In this document: positions 36,161 to 50,219 of the stretch, in pieces
How the letters are laid out: every line of letters begins with the position of its first letter
How positions within the stretch are numbered: position 1 is the first letter of the stretch
Source: Selaginella moellendorffii
Taxonomy: Eukaryota; Plantae; Lycopodiophyta
Assembly: GCF_000143415.4 (NCBI RefSeq)
Contig: NW_003314262.1
Location: 757,431-821,430 of the forward strand
Reading direction: 5' to 3'
DNA: 64,000 nucleotides
Made by a program: the position numbers and the translations under genes
The notes under the pieces: generated by a model
The model's database searches: none
What the model was told of the DNA's origin: nothing
The model's input: only the letters and a program-made list of their open reading frames with translations

Positions 36161-37055
36161 NNNNNNNNNNNNNNNNNNNNNNNNNNNNNNNNNNNNNNNN
36201 NNNNNNNNNNNNNNNNNNNNNNNNNNNNNNNNNNNNNNNNNNNNNNNNNNNNNNNNNNNNNNNNNNNNNNNNNNNNNNNNNNNNNNNNNNNNNNNNNNNN
36301 NNNNNNNNNNNNNNNNNNNNNNNNNNNNNNNNNNNNNNNNNNNNNNNNNNNNNNNNNNNNNNNNNNNNNNNNNNNNNNNNNNNNNNNNNNNNNNNNNNNN
36401 NNNNNNNNNNNNNNNNNNNNNNNNNNNNNNNNNNNNNNNNNNNNNNNNNNNNNNNNNNNNNNNNNNNNNNNNNNNNNNNNNNNNNNNNNNNNNNNNNNNN
36501 NNNNNNNNNNNNNNNNNNNNNNNNNNNNNNNNNNNNNNNNNNNNNNNNNNNNNNNNNNNNNNNNNNNNNNNNNNNNNNNNNNNNNNNNNNNNNNNNNNNN
36601 NNNNNNNNNNNNNNNNNNNNNNNNNNNNNNNNNNNNNNNNNNNNNNNNNNNNNNNNNNNNNNNNNNNNNNNNNNNNNNNNNNNNNNNNNNNNNNNNNNNN
36701 NNNNNNNNNNNNNNNNNNNNNNNNNNNNNNNNNNNNNNNNNNNNNNNNNNNNNNNNNNNNNNNNNNNNNNNNNNNNNNNNNNNNNNNNNNNNNNNNNNNN
36801 NNNNNNNNNNNNNNNNNNNNNNNNNNNNNNNNNNNNNNNNNNNNNNNNNNNNNNNNNNNNNNNNNNNNNNNNNNNNNNNNNNNNNNNNNNNNNNNNNNNN
36901 NNNNNNNNNNNNNNNNNNNNNNNNNNNNNNNNNNNNNNNNNNNNNNNNNNNNNNNNNNNNNNNNNNNNNNNNNNNNNNNNNNNNNNNNNNNNNNNNNNNN
37001 NNNNNNNNNNNNNNNNNNNNNNNNNNNNNNNNNNNNNNNNNNNNNNNNNNNNNNN
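36161..37055. other. Assembly gap
   Basis: Run of N. Confidence 1.
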
Positions 37056-37074
37056 TGATACCTACCAAGCCCAC

Positions 37075-37140
37075 AAATGTCAATCAACATGTGGTGTGAT
37101 TCTCTTACCCCAACCAATAGAGTTAGACTTGAGACCGCTT
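37075..37140 (-). mobile_element. Cassandra internal-region fragment
   Basis: aaatgtcaatcaacatgtggtgtgatt...gagaccgct matches 35770-35833. Confidence 0.75.
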
Positions 37141-37159
37141 ATCAGCACATAAGTGTATT

Positions 37160-40100
37160 CACAGTGGGGCACCACTCCACATGAGCTAGAGCACTGCAAT
37201 TGGTTTCCCTTCCGAGAGTGGGAGCTGCTCTTGAGCACTTCCTTGTGTGGCCCCTCCAGCACCACTCAAGTCCATGCTCACTCCCACCCAAGGCCCTCAA
37301 CCCTAATCTCAACTTTGAGTCAATTTGGAAGCACCACTAGAGAGTTCCTTCAAAACTAATTCCTAGACCTCACTATCACTACTATACTTTTGGAACCCCT
37401 TGCAACCCCCCACCCCCGGAGACACACGCTTTGGGCTTTCACCCCACGACCTATATTAGTATTCGAACTCGATCTCATACTCAACTTTAGACTCGGTCTC
37501 GGACTCGATCTCAAACTCAATCTCAAACCCGACCTCGAACTCTATCTCAGTCTCAGACTCGATCTCGGACTCAGTCTCGGACCCGATATTGTATTTCAAA
37601 CTCAGTCTCGAACTCGGTCTCGAACTTGGTCTCGAACTCGGTCTCGAACTCAGTCTCGGACTCGGTCTCGGTCTTGAACTCGGTCTCGGAGTCAGTCTTG
37701 AATTCGGTCTTGGAATTGCACTTGGTGTCAAACTCAGTCTTAGAGTCAGTTTTGGACTTGGTCTCATCTGATGAACTCTTTATCATTTTGGTCGTACTTT
37801 TGGGGATCATTTAGCCTTCAACACTTCGGAGAGTTTGTTCCTTACAACTCTACCACCCATAAAAGAAGTTCGATGCCCATATCGAATGCCTCTTTTTAAT
37901 CCTATGATTTGTTGATCATGTCTCGGGGGCATCCCCCCACTTAGTGGTATGCCTAAGTTATCCTCCCTGGCTAAGAGTTCATAACAACGGAATATAAGTG
38001 TCCCTATACCCCTCCCCTCACCATACCCTAGTATGGGGTTGGGACTTGAACCTAACTACCGTAAAATACATCTACAGATTTGACATCCTAGCAGGGAGTC
38101 AGGCATAGTTTCCTACACCTAGTCAACCCAGCTAACCCTTGCTAATTAATTTACCTTCGGTGCGCCTTTGGGTCCTAACATATGACAATACTTAATTTCT
38201 CAAAATAGATTCTTTAATTGAATTTTGCATAAGTACATAAAATTCTATCTTTCAAAAATTCCTCCACTAGATCCCGTATGTTGGCTAGTTTCTCCTTCGG
38301 TTCCCATGTTGCTTTGCAGTGTGGAAATCCTTTCCACTTCATATGGAACTCCCTCACCTTGCGTCTTTATCACTCACTCTTGCATGTATTAAGGATAGTC
38401 TCGACTTCGTATTCCTCTTCCCCTTGGATAACCTCAGGTAAAAGTCTTACTTGGTCTTTGCAGAGTGGATCGTCAAAGTATAGCTTGAGTAAATTCACAT
38501 AAAACACAAAGTGCATCTTCTCCATCTCTTGAGGAAGTTGAAGGTAGTAAGCCACCTTACCAATTAGTGCCACAATCTTGTAAGGCCCTGTGAACCTACT
38601 CAAGGAACTTAGGATCAGTTCATTTCTAGGAATACATGCATTTTTACCTTTGGGTCAGCTTTTGGCTGATCCCACTTGGTAGCCATAGGTTCTTGGTATT
38701 TAACCACACCTTCTCCATAGGTTGGAACTCTACATCCCGACGCTTCTAGTTTGCATATTTAATTTGCCTTTGTTAGCCCGTTCCAAGAAATCCCTCACTA
38801 GATTCCAAATGTTGAGTATTTCCACCATGAATGCCTCCACTACGGGTAACTCTTCATGATACTCAACCACGCCAAGTTCCAGAGGTACTTTAATAGCTCG
38901 CCCATTGATAACTTCCCATGGACTCACCCTAATACTCGAGTGCGGTGAGTTGTTATAACACATTTCCGCAAGTCCTAAATGACTTACNNNNNNNNNNNNN
39001 NNNNNNNNNNNNNNNNNNNNNNNNNNNNNNNNNNNNNNNNNNNNNNNNNNNNNNNNNNNNNNNNNNNNNNNNNNNNNNNNNNNNNNNGAAGTGTTAGTGC
39101 CATCAATCTTGACTTAATACCCATTATTTGTTTATGGGTGATAGGTTGTGCTGAATTTCAACTTGGTGCGACACTGTTCCAAAAGAGTTCTCTAGAACTT
39201 ACTAGTGAAGATCTTATCTCAATATAAGATAATCTCTTCTACCCTTCCCCGCACTCGAACCACTTGTTCGAAGAATAGCTTCGCCACACCTTCCATATCT
39301 ACCTTCGTTGTGGTAGGTATGAAATGTGTCATCTTCGAAAACCGGTCCACCACCATGAATATCGCACTAAATCCCTCACTTGAGGGGGAGTCCTTTGATG
39401 AAGTCCATCTTAAGACATTTCCATAGACAATCTAGAATTTGCTTCGTAACAAGCCCCCACTAGCCTCAGCCACAACTTTGACCTGCTGACATGTGAGACA
39501 TGTCTTTACATAGTCTTAGATGTCCTTGGCCATATCTGGCCAGTGATACTTCCTCTTGAGTAAGCCCATCATCTTGGGCACTCCACTGTGTCCTACAATA
39601 GGTCTATCATGACACTCTTCAAAGGCTACCTTCCTTAGTTCCCCTTCTAGAACATACACCCTTGTTTGTTTATAATAGATGAGTCCATTGCGTTCCACAT
39701 AGCCTGTTTTCTCTTCCATTGACAGCTCACTTCTTTAGTGAGCTTCCTACGTCTCTTGCTTCCTTAGCAACACTTCTTGTGCTAAACCATCATTCTTATA
39801 TGCTATCCACACATCATCCCAAAAGGTTGCTATTGCACTGGATATTGCTAACTTTAAGCTTGCTTTTCAACTTAGAGCATCTACCATGATGTTGTTCTTC
39901 CCAAGTTTATACAGAATATTGCAATCAAACTTGGCCAAAGCATTGGCCCACTAACCTTAGGTCAAGCTGTGACCAAAAGTGTTTTGTTCCCATATTATCC
40001 GTGTAAATTTTGAAGTGTCTCCCAAGGTAGTGTCACCACTCCTTGAGAGCCTTGACCACCGCAAACAATTTCTTCTCATGGGCAGGCCACTTCCACTGAG

Positions 40101-42834
40101 CCTTGTTCAACTTCTTCGAGAAGAATGCTACTAGATGGTTGTTTTGCTTCAACACTGCACTCAACACAAAGTCTGAAGCATCCATTTCTACCTCAAAGTC
40201 CTTACCAAAGTCTGATAACGCCAACACGGGAGCCTTCGTCAACTTCTCTTTGAGGTGAACAAATCCCACCTCACATTCCTCTATGCATACCATTTTCTCT
40301 TTTCCCGTTTGGTCCATTAAAGGTAGGGCTACTCTCAAATAGTGTTTGATAAACTTTCGATAGTAGTTGTACAGCCCCAAAAATGCCTTTTAACTTGTGT
40401 ATATTCGATGGTTGTTCCCATTCCTACATCACTTGGACCTTCTCAGGGTTCACCTTGAGCCCGTCCTTGCCCACCACATGCCCAAGAAACTTTAACTATT
40501 GTTGAGAAAAGTCGCATTTGCTCTCTTTAGCATACAGCTGGTGTTCCTTAGTTTCTCAAACACCTTCGTCAAGTGTTCGGCATGCTCCTCTAGCATCTCG
40601 CTATAGATCAAGATATCATCAATGTATATGACCACCAAATGATCCAAATAGGGTATAAAAATTTTGTTCATCAACTAGAAACTCAAAGCTTTCATACCTT
40701 GTCTGATAGGTTGTTTTTTCGACATCTTCCTTTGCTATCCTGATCTGGTAGTATTCTTAGAGAAACTCTTCTTGAATTTCCCTTTGAAATATGTCCCCCT
40801 TGGTTTGGACCCTTTCCTAAATTTGGACCTCGACCCCGTTGTGTTCCCCTTTTATAGATTATTATTGAATTACACCTTGATGGCTACATCTAACACTTCT
40901 TTATAGTTGGTCGGGTTCCAATGCATCACTTCACCTCGAGCCCAGGTTTGCAAAATGGATATGAAGGCATGGAACTCATCCCTATCACACATATCCATGA
41001 CAAATATCCTCTTTGCCATAAACCCATTCACATACTCTTGAATGGTTTTGATCTACTTCAGCCTACTCAGCTCATCCCTTAAGTGCAGAGTAGCATTCAG
41101 AGGAATGCAAATCATGCAGATCCTTGCCTTCATCATTTCCCAAGTGGCCACCGGTCCTTCGTTGGCCTTTGTTGTTCCCCACCAAGACTTAGCATTATAT
41201 GCAAAGTGTGGTTTTGCATATAAAACCTTCTCTGAGCTCGGTAATTGCAACGCTCGGAAGTAATCCTCCATATCGTAAAATCAATCCTCCACCATCTTAT
41301 ACTCATTCACTCCTTTAGAGACCAATGGGGGCTTTGGTTTGTACTTAGGAACTGCTTAAGGGACTGATTACACTTCAGTTTGTTCAACCTTGTTTGGTTC
41401 CGCCTTAGTCCCTGTCGAAGCGTCCATGCCTTTTGCGTTGCCAGCATCTGCAGTCTTTCACTTTTTCTTCCTCTTCTTGTCACGCTTTAGCTTGCATACG
41501 AGAGTCTCTAACAAGGCATTGATCTATGCTAATTGTCCTTCTAAAATATCCAATCGAGCCTTGGATGACCAAACCTTGCCACCATACTCCTGTTTGGAAG
41601 TTTCCTCACTAGAGTCCTCCTCATGCAAGGATTCATCATCCCTAGCCTTTTGTTCAACTGGAGGCTCTAGCTCTAGTGGAGATTCTGTCTCTGCCTTAGT
41701 TCTTTTATGCTCTACCTTTGCCATCTCCCAGCAATCTGCCTCTATCCTTCGCTAGAATTGAGGAAAAGGCTTTGATACCAAAATGCAAACCATAAATTTT
41801 TCTTTTCCAATTTGCTGGCTTACCTCGTTTATCCGACACTACCTTAGCCTTAGTTAAGTTCCCTCACCAAGGTTCCCACCTATTGTACTAGCTCTTACTT
41901 AGTCTTACTTGGTTTCAGCTACTCACTGCATGAGAAACGGAGCATTAGCCATCTATCCACGGATTCCCAAATCTCTCCCAATCCCCATCCCTAAGTTAGA
42001 CTAGACTTAAGGTTCGGCTACACTCCCCACAAGCACAAGCAACCAAGCACACCAAGCCACCAAAACATCCCTTGGTACAACAAGACTTGATCATAGGACT
42101 CTTTAAATCCCAAGCCTTGGGTGCAACAGTTGCTTCGGGACACTTGGGGGAAACACTGTGGCCTAACGGCCCGGTATGGGTACCCCTACTCCCCCACTTC
42201 CATCCTCAAGGGAAGGCCTAAGCCCCTAGGAAGGGCAAGGACCAATGAGTTGCAAGGTACTCAAGTGGGGCACCACTCCACATAAGCCGGGAACACCACA
42301 ATCAATTTCCCTTCCGGGGGTAAAAGTTGTTCTTAAGCACTTCCTTGGGTGGCCCCTCTGGTACCACCCGAGTCCATGCTCACTCCCACCCAAGGCTCCT
42401 CAGCCCCAGTCTCAACCTTAAGTTAGTTTGGAAGCACCACTAAAGAGTTCCTTCAAGACTGGCTCCTAGACCTCACTATACCCACTATACTTTTGGATAG
42501 CACCTGCACACCCCCCCCCCCCCCCCCCTCTGACTCGATCTCGGACTTGACTTCGGACTCAATCTCGGACTCGATCTTGGACCTGACCTCGGACTTAGTC
42601 TTAGACTCGATCTTGGACTCGGTCTCGGATCCAATATCGAATCTCGGACTCAGTCTTGAACTCGGTCTTGGAGTTGGTCTTGGACTCGATCTCGGACTCG
42701 ATCTCGGACTCGGTCTTAGAGTCAGTCTTAGACTCAATCTTGGACTCAGTTTGATTAGATGAACTCTTTATCATTTTGGTCAAGCTTTTGAGGATCCTTT
42801 GGCTTTCGACACCTCAAAGAGTTGGTTTCTTACA
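37160..42834 (-). mobile_element. Decayed Ty3/gypsy chromovirus B1: 5' LTR 41784-42834, partial 3' LTR to 37846, gag-RT-RNaseH-IN-chromodomain remnants
   Basis: PBS tggtatcaaagc at 41769-41780. gag (MEDYFRAL..NAKSWW), RT VVIYIDDILIYS, RNase H APVLALSDFGKDFEVEMDASD, IN zinc finger HDRPIVGHSG, GPY and chromodomain EEEYEVETIL. Many stops, and a deletion removes the protease. Confidence 0.93.
38988..39087. other. Assembly gap
   Basis: 100 N. Confidence 1.
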
Positions 42835-43485
42835 ATCAGGACTAACACACAAAATGGAGCCAAATGGAGTTTGGCACTATTTCAGTATAATGGTGGCCAC
42901 AAGGATTTGTTTGGGCTTTCACCCACTCTTACTTGGTCCTACTTGGTTTCAGCAACTCACTACACGAGCAATAGAGCATTAGCCATCCATTCATGGATTC
43001 CTAAATTCTCTCCCAATCCCCGGTATAGTAGGCGGGAACTTTGGTAAGGGAACTTAACTAAGGCCAAGGCCATAGTGGTTGGATAGATGAAGTAAGCTAG
43101 CAAATTAAAAATGAAAAAATTATAGCTTACAATTTTGTATTGGAGCTTTTTTCTTAGTTGTAGCAAAGGATAGAGGCAGATTGTTGAGAGATGGCTAAGG
43201 CAAAGCATTAGAGAACCAAGGCAAAGACAGAACCTCCTTTAAATCTAGAGCCTCTAGTCGAACAAGAAGCTATGGATGAAGAATCCTTGCACGAGGAGGA
43301 CTCCAGTGAGGAATCCTCCAAACATGAGTCTTGTGGAAAGGTTTAGTCGTCCAAGGCTCAATTAAACATTCTAGAAGGACAATTGGCATAGACTAATGCC
43401 CTACTAAAGACCCTCATACATAAGGTAAAGTGTGATGAGAAGTAGAAGAAAAAGCAAAAGATTGCAGAGACTAGCAACGCAAAAT

Positions 43486-45012
43486 TGTGAGACACAAATC
43501 CCTAAGCCCCAAAGTGGAGTTGAAAGGGTGCCACATAGTAGTGGCTGAAGCGAATGCCAAATGAGCATAACACATTTGGACTAAAAACTCCGACTTGAAA
43601 GGTCAAGAGCGGGAGTGGAACTCCTAATGAAATGCTCAAGGAACAAGCACAAAGCGAGCAATAAGTGAGTCTCTAGAAAAGAGACACAAGAGTACCAACA
43701 CATGACACGTGGAGGAGTCTGAGATGGAGTCCGAGAGGGACCCGAAATGGAGTCTGAGATGGACCCAAGATGGAGTCCAAGATAGAGTCCGAGATGGAGT
43801 CTGAGATGGACCTGAGATGGAGTCCAAGATGGACCCGAGATGGAATCCGAGATGGAGTCCGAGAAGGATTCGAGATGGAGTCCGAAGTCGAGACCAAGAC
43901 CAAGACCGAGACCGGGACCGAGACCGAGTCCGGGATTGAGACCGAGACCGAGGCCAAGGCCGAGCCCAAGCCCAAGTCCGAGTCCGAGTCCGAGTCCGAG
44001 TCCGAGTTTGAGTCTGATAGGGTGAAAGCCCAAAGTGTTCGTCTCCCAGACCCTGGGGGGTTTGGTGAGCTCCAAAAGTATAGTAGGGGGAGGACTCTAG
44101 TGGAGCCAGTTACGCTAGGAAAGGCTAGTTTGGCCTGAGAAGGCTGTACCCAAGTGTTGGGTGATGGGATAACCACTAGGAGGTCCAAGGCTAGAGTGAA
44201 TATAGACTATCAAGCGGGGTAGCTTGGTGAAGTGTTCAAGAGCCGGCTCTAGTTCCCCCGGGAGATCGAATGGTCGATGCTCCCAGTCCAAGTGTGGGTG
44301 GCACTACCTACTTAGATACCTGGTGTGGCTCAACAGAACCTTGCTCTAAGCCCATGGCTAGAGCACCCAAAGGCGGAAAGCGGGGAGAGTACCCACAAGG
44401 CTCATATAAGGCGACGGTGTTCCGAAATGTTGTCCCAAAGTCCCAGACTGTAAAATGGAAGAGTAGTCCTCTAGTGTGGTGACCAAGGATACGGTCATGT
44501 GGTGAGAAAGTCCCAAAGGATAGTGGGACTTAGTGGTCGGGCCTGTGGGCCTTGTCCCAATGGCAGAGTAAGCAAACTTGGCCATGGACAGAAAAGGGAC
44601 TTGGTGGGGACTATAAAAGGGATATTGGGGAAGGTGGTTCCCCTTATCTACGAGCATCTTAAGGATGCTAAGGAGTGGCTCTTGGATGGTCACTGATGGA
44701 CGGATGGCCCAGTTGTTGAGAGATGGGACTGCGATGCAGGTAGTGCTAAACCACCGGTGGTACCAAGGTGAATGGGTATGGCCTTAGCATAACGGGCTGG
44801 TATGTTAGTGGTACCTTGGGGTGTCAGTCTTGGGACTGGACATGTGGAGCACTTGGACCAGGTGCAAAGGATGAGTGGTATGGATGCCATTCTCAGGGCT
44901 AGTAAGTCCCAAGTCCTGAATTGGACTTGAGGAGGTTGTGAATGAGACTCCTCCAAGTGGTTGGAGGTGTGGTTAAGTGACTAAAGTAGGATAGAAAAAT
45001 TAGTCGCTTACA
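43486..45012 (+). mobile_element. Family A solo LTR inserted in B2 gag
   Basis: TGTGAG...GCTTACA with TSD AAAAT on both sides. Confidence 0.93.
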
Positions 45013-48000
45013 AAAATGTGTGGACCTTTAGTGGGGACTGAGGTGGAACTGAACAAGGTCGAACAAACCAAAGTGGAATCAGTGCCTCAAGTAGTTCCCA
45101 AGTACAAATGAAAGCCCCCACCAATCTTCAAAGGAGTGAACGACTATAAAGTGTGGAGGATTAGTTTTACGATATGGATGATTACTTCTAAGCATTGTAG
45201 TTACCAAGCTCAGAGAAGGTCCCATATGCAAAACCATACTTAGCAAATAATGCCAAGTCTTGCTAAAGAATAATAGAGGCCAATGAAGGACTAGTGGCCA
45301 CTTGGGAAATGATATGGTCCGGCAAACCAGACTAACAATGTTTAGCTGGGTGAACCAAGGACTATAGAGTTTGTTCAAGTAACCAAAACACCAATGAGGT
45401 ACTTCAACAAATAAGAGTCAAAGTAGGGACATGGAAAGTAGACATGGGTTTCACCATGTTAGACATGGCGGGATTTGATGTGATTTTCAGGATGGATTGG
45501 TTCAATCAATTTATGGTAGCTCTGCATAAATAAGTAAGAACCTTGTGGTACTAACAAATGCTGGAGGAGAATGATCCAAGGTGAAAGCCCAAGATCTAAA
45601 AGTAGGGAAAAGTAAGGCCAAAGACTCCTACTTGAACCTGGTGTCCACGAGAGGACAACTCACTAAAGGAACTAAGGCAGCATTTTGTGCTTACTCCCAG
45701 TAAGGAGTGACAAAAAAGTAGGAATCAAAAGAAATACCTTTAGTGATTTAGTAGGTGTTGGACCAACTTCGAGATACCATGCTGGAGGAGTTACCAGCAG
45801 GGTTACCCCTTATATGACTAATAGAATATAAGATCAGGTTGGTCAAGGGTGCTAAGGCAGTGGTTCGTCCCCCCTATCGGTTAAACGAAAAGGAACTCGA
45901 GGAGTTCAAGCACCAACTTGAGGAGTTGGTGGAAAAAGGGTATGTTAAGTTGAGCAAGTTGCTATATGGTGCACTGATGTTAATTGTGAAAAAAAAAGAT
46001 GGCTCTATGCGCATGTGCATAAACTACTAATTGCTTAACAAGTATACAAAGAAGAATAAATACCCTTTACCAAGGATTGAGGACCTATTTGATACTTTGG
46101 GAAAGGCAAAATACTTCTCAAGGATTGACCTAAGATCAAAATACTACCAAATCCATATAGCAGAAGAAGATGTTGAAAAGACTGGGCTTACGTAAGAGGA
46201 AGTATTACTAGCTAAACATAGTTAAGGATGTCCAAGACTATGTAAAGACATGTCCAACATGTCAACAGGTCAAAGCCCTAACTAAGGCTAGTGGGGGCTT
46301 GTTACAAAACTTCATAATTCCAAATTATCCATGGAAATGTTTTACAATGCATTTCATTTTAGAACTCCCCCCAAGTGAGGGGTTTGATACGATATTTGTG
46401 GTGGTGGACTGAATTTCGAAGATGGCATGTTCCATTCCCACCACAATGGAAGTGGATGTCAAAGGTATAGTGAGGCTATTCTTCAAACAAGTGGTTTGAG
46501 TGCGGGGAAGGGTAGAAGAGATTATTTCATATTGAGATAAAATCTTCACTAGTAGGTTCTAGATAACTTTCTTGGAACAATATCTCACCAAATTAAAATT
46601 TAGCACAATCTATCACCCATAGACAGGTGTTGGGTATTAAGTCAAGTTTAATGGCATTAACACTTCTTCACATATAGACAAACAGAAAGGGTGAATAGGT
46701 AGTTAGAGGATTATTTGTGATGCTATGTCTCCAAAGACCAGATTGATTAAATAAGACATTTGGGACTTGCAAAAATGTGCTATAACAACTCACTACATTC
46801 GAATATTAGGGTGAATCCATAGAAAGTCATCAATAGGTGAGTTATTGAAGGTCTTGTAGAACTCGGCGTGGCTGAGTATTATAGAGAGTTACCCGCAGTG
46901 GAAGCATTCACGATAGAAAGACTCAACATTTGGAATCTAGTGAGGGATTCTTTGGAATGGGCTCAACAAAGGCAAACTAAATGCACAAATCAAAAGTGCT
47001 GGGATTTAGAGTTCTAACCTGGGGATAAAGTGTGACTAAACACCAAGAACCTAATGTTACCAAGCGGGATTAGTTGGATGTTGACTAAAAGGTAAAATGC
47101 ATATATTTCTAGAAATGAACTAATCTTGAGTTTCTTAAGCAGGTTTATGGGGCCTTATGAGATTGAGGTTCAAATTGGTAAGGTGGCTTACTGCCTCCAA
47201 CTTCCTCAAAAAATGGGGAAGATGCACCTTGTGTTCCACATGAACTTACTCAAGTTGTACTTTGAGGATTCGCTTTACAAGGACCAAGTAAGACCTTTAT
47301 CTGAATTTATCCAAGGGGAAGAGGAATACGAAGTCGAGGCCATCCTCAATGCGTGTAAAAGCAAGCGACAAGAATGCAAGATGGAGTTCCATGTGAAGTG
47401 GAAAGGATTTCCACACTGTGAAGCAACATGGGAATTGAAGGAGAACTTAGCAAACATGTGAGATCTAGTGGAGAAATTTTTGCAAGGTAGAACTCTACGT
47501 ACTTATGCAAAATTCAATTAAAGAATTTATTTGAGAAATTGAGCAATGACATATGTTAGGACCTAAAGGCATGCCGAAGGTAAACTAATTAGCATGGGTT
47601 AGCTAGGTCAACCAAGCATAAGGAACTATGCCTGACTCCTTGCGGGGATGTCGAATCCGTAATTATATTCTACGGAGGTTGGGTTTAAGTCCCAACCCTT
47701 TAGTAAAGCAAGGCTGGGTTCAAGTCCCAACCCCATATTAGGGCGTGGTGAAGTAAGGGGTATAGAGACACCTATACTCCATTGTCATAGGCTCTTGGCC
47801 AGAGAGGTTAATTTAGGCACACTGTTAAGTGAGGGAATTCCCCCGAAGACATGGTCAATAAATCGTATGATTAAAAAAGAAACATTTGATATAGGCATCA
47901 AACTTCTTTTATGGGTGGTGGAGTTGTAAGGAACCAACTCCTCAAGGTGTTGTAGGCTAAAGGATCCCTGAAAGCACAATCAAAATGCTAAAGAGTTCAT

Positions 48001-48868
48001 CAGATGAGACTGAGTTTGAGATTGAGTCTGAGACCGACTCTGAGGCCGAGTTTGAGACTGAGTCCAAGATCGAGTTCAAGACCAACTCCGAGATCAAGTT
48101 CAAGACCGAAACCGTGTTCAAGACAGAGTCCAAGACCAAGTTCGAGACTGAGTTTGATATCCAAGATCGGGTCTAAGACCAAGTCCAAGATCGAGTCCAA
48201 GATAGAGTCTGAGGTCGCATCCGAGATCGAATCTGAGGTCGAGTCTAAGATCGAGTCTGAGACTGAGTCCGAGGTCAAGTTTGAGATCGAGTCCAAGATC
48301 AAGTTCGAGACTGAGTCCAAATACTAATACAGGTCATGGGGTGAAAGCCCAAAGCGTGTATTTCCTAGGGGGTACAAGAGGTTCCAAAATTATAGGAAAG
48401 ATAGTGAGATCTAAGAACTAGTTTTGATAGTGGTGCTTCTAAACTGACTTGAGGTTGAGGCTAGGGCTTAGAGGGCTTGGGTGGAAGTGAACATGGACTC
48501 GGTGGTGCTAGAGGGGCCACCCAATGAAGTGCTCAAGAGTAGCTCCCACTTCTGGAAGGAAACCGACTGTGGTGCTCCAGACTCATGTGGAGTGGTACCC
48601 CTTTTGAGTACCTTGTAGTTCATTGGTCCTTGCCCTTCCTAGGGGCTTGGGCCTTTCCTTCAGGATGGAAGTGGGACCTATACCGTGCCAATAAACCATG
48701 GTGTTTCCCCCTGGTGTCCCGAAGTAAATGTTGCACTATGGTGTTTCCCCTTGATGTCCCAAAGCAAGTGTTGCACTCAAGGCTGGGGATTTAGAGGTCC
48801 TATGATCAAGTCTTGTTGTACCAAAGGATGTTAGGAATCTAAAGGCTTGGTATGCTTGGTGTGCTTGG

Positions 48869-49461
48869 TGTAAGCTTCTAAGTTTGGACTTTCTAAAAGG
48901 TCACCCAGCCCAGTATTATTCAAACCCAAGGACATTTAACCCCAAATATCCCAAGACCCTTAACCGATTAGAAAAATAAGTGCACTCTTATGTATTGGCC
49001 CTTTCCCTTTATATTTAAACCCTTATAGATCATCTTTCGAGTCATTCCATTTAGTTACTTACAATTCACCACACTTCTCTGTAAGTTCATACCCTCGTGA
49101 ATAAAAGTTGAGAGCCGCAGCTCTTCTGAGATCCCCACTCTCTTGACACCCTACCCCTCGGGTCGAGCCCAACTAAAGTAAACTGAACCTACCAGATGTC
49201 AATTAATATGTTGTGCAATTCCCTTAGCCAACCAATAGAGTTAGACTCGAGACCCTTTGATACTAAATATAAGCTCTTGAGTTTGGACTTCCCAGAAGGT
49301 CACCCAGCCCAGTACTATTCAAACCCAAAGATGCTTAACCTTAAATATGCCAAGACCCTTAACTGATTGAAAAAGGGGTGCACTTTTATTTATGGGCCCT
49401 TTCCCTCTGTAATTAAACCCCTATGGATTGTCTTTTGAGTCGTTCCCTTTGGTTACTTACA
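48869..49461 (-). mobile_element. Older full-length Cassandra-type TRIM in B2 3' LTR
   Basis: LTRs 48869-49063 and 49268-49461 colinear with 35445-36039, degenerate TSD cttgg/cttta, 5S boxes recognisable. Confidence 0.9.
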
Positions 49462-49649
49462 CTTTACTGCTTGTGCTTGTGGGGAGTGTAGCTAAACTTT
49501 AAGTTTAGTGAAACTAAGTAAGACCAAGTAGGAGTTGATACAATAGGTAAGAACCTTGGCAAGGGAACTTAACTAAAGCCAAAGCTATAATGATCAAATA
49601 GATGAGATAAGCTAACAAATTGGAAAATAAAAATTTATGGCTTACATCC

Positions 49650-50070
49650 ACTTCCTTTGCTTCTATGCTCTATGCTTGGGAGTTTGGCTCTGTTCCTATT
49701 ATTTAGTGGCTTAAGGCTTTGAAACTCGGGTTCCATTATCTTTAGACATGTGGCATATAAAGAGTTTAGGTTTCTCTCCATGGTTATTTTATAGTAAATC
49801 ACTATAGGATAAAGAATGAAAACCATGTAAGCTGCACAACTAAGCAAAAGGTGTTATACAATTTATTAGATTGGTAAAAGTTTACTTCTTATTGGGATAA
49901 AAAGGTTAAATGTATCCTTTGGGGGATAAATTATTTATGTTGCGATATAATGAGTTAATGTCATAAATAAAATGTTCATTGTAAAACAAATCCATTATTA
50001 GGACACCTAAATACTCTAAAACACTAAAAAGTGGTGTTTGGTATCATGAGGACATTAGATAAAGCCGAGT
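49650..50070. mobile_element. Fragments of LTR D (49650-49840) and family A interior (49850-50065)
   Basis: Diverged matches to 18255-18480 (reverse) and 22560-22790. Confidence 0.7.
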
Positions 50071-50219
50071 AATAAGTAGTAAACCAAAATAATAACTAAA
50101 ACCCAACCAGAGTTAATTTTAGGGTATATTTAGCATGAATAAGATTTTATCTTTCAATTAAAACTTAGAATGATTAAGCTTAATTTTTAATAGAGGAATA
50201 TAAAGGCTAATATTCTCAT

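Larger units (their letters stand above)
43025..49646 (+). mobile_element. Decayed chromovirus B2 (same family as B1, opposite orientation): 5' LTR remnant to 43131, 3' LTR 47925-49646
   Basis: gag start near 43192, RT N-terminus (PPYRLNEKELEE..KKKDGSMRMCINY), integrase core, and chromodomain IQGEEEYEVEAILN..FHVKWKGFPHCEATWE. PPT atgggtggtggagt precedes TGTAAG. Confidence 0.92.

Noticed and set aside
35965-37152. ORFs of 320-395 aa
   Set aside because: They run through an assembly gap of Ns.
37768-37800. Hammerhead ribozyme (retrozyme) core CTGATGA in B LTR
   Set aside because: No stem II or downstream GAAA, and the motif is not conserved in the 42750 copy.
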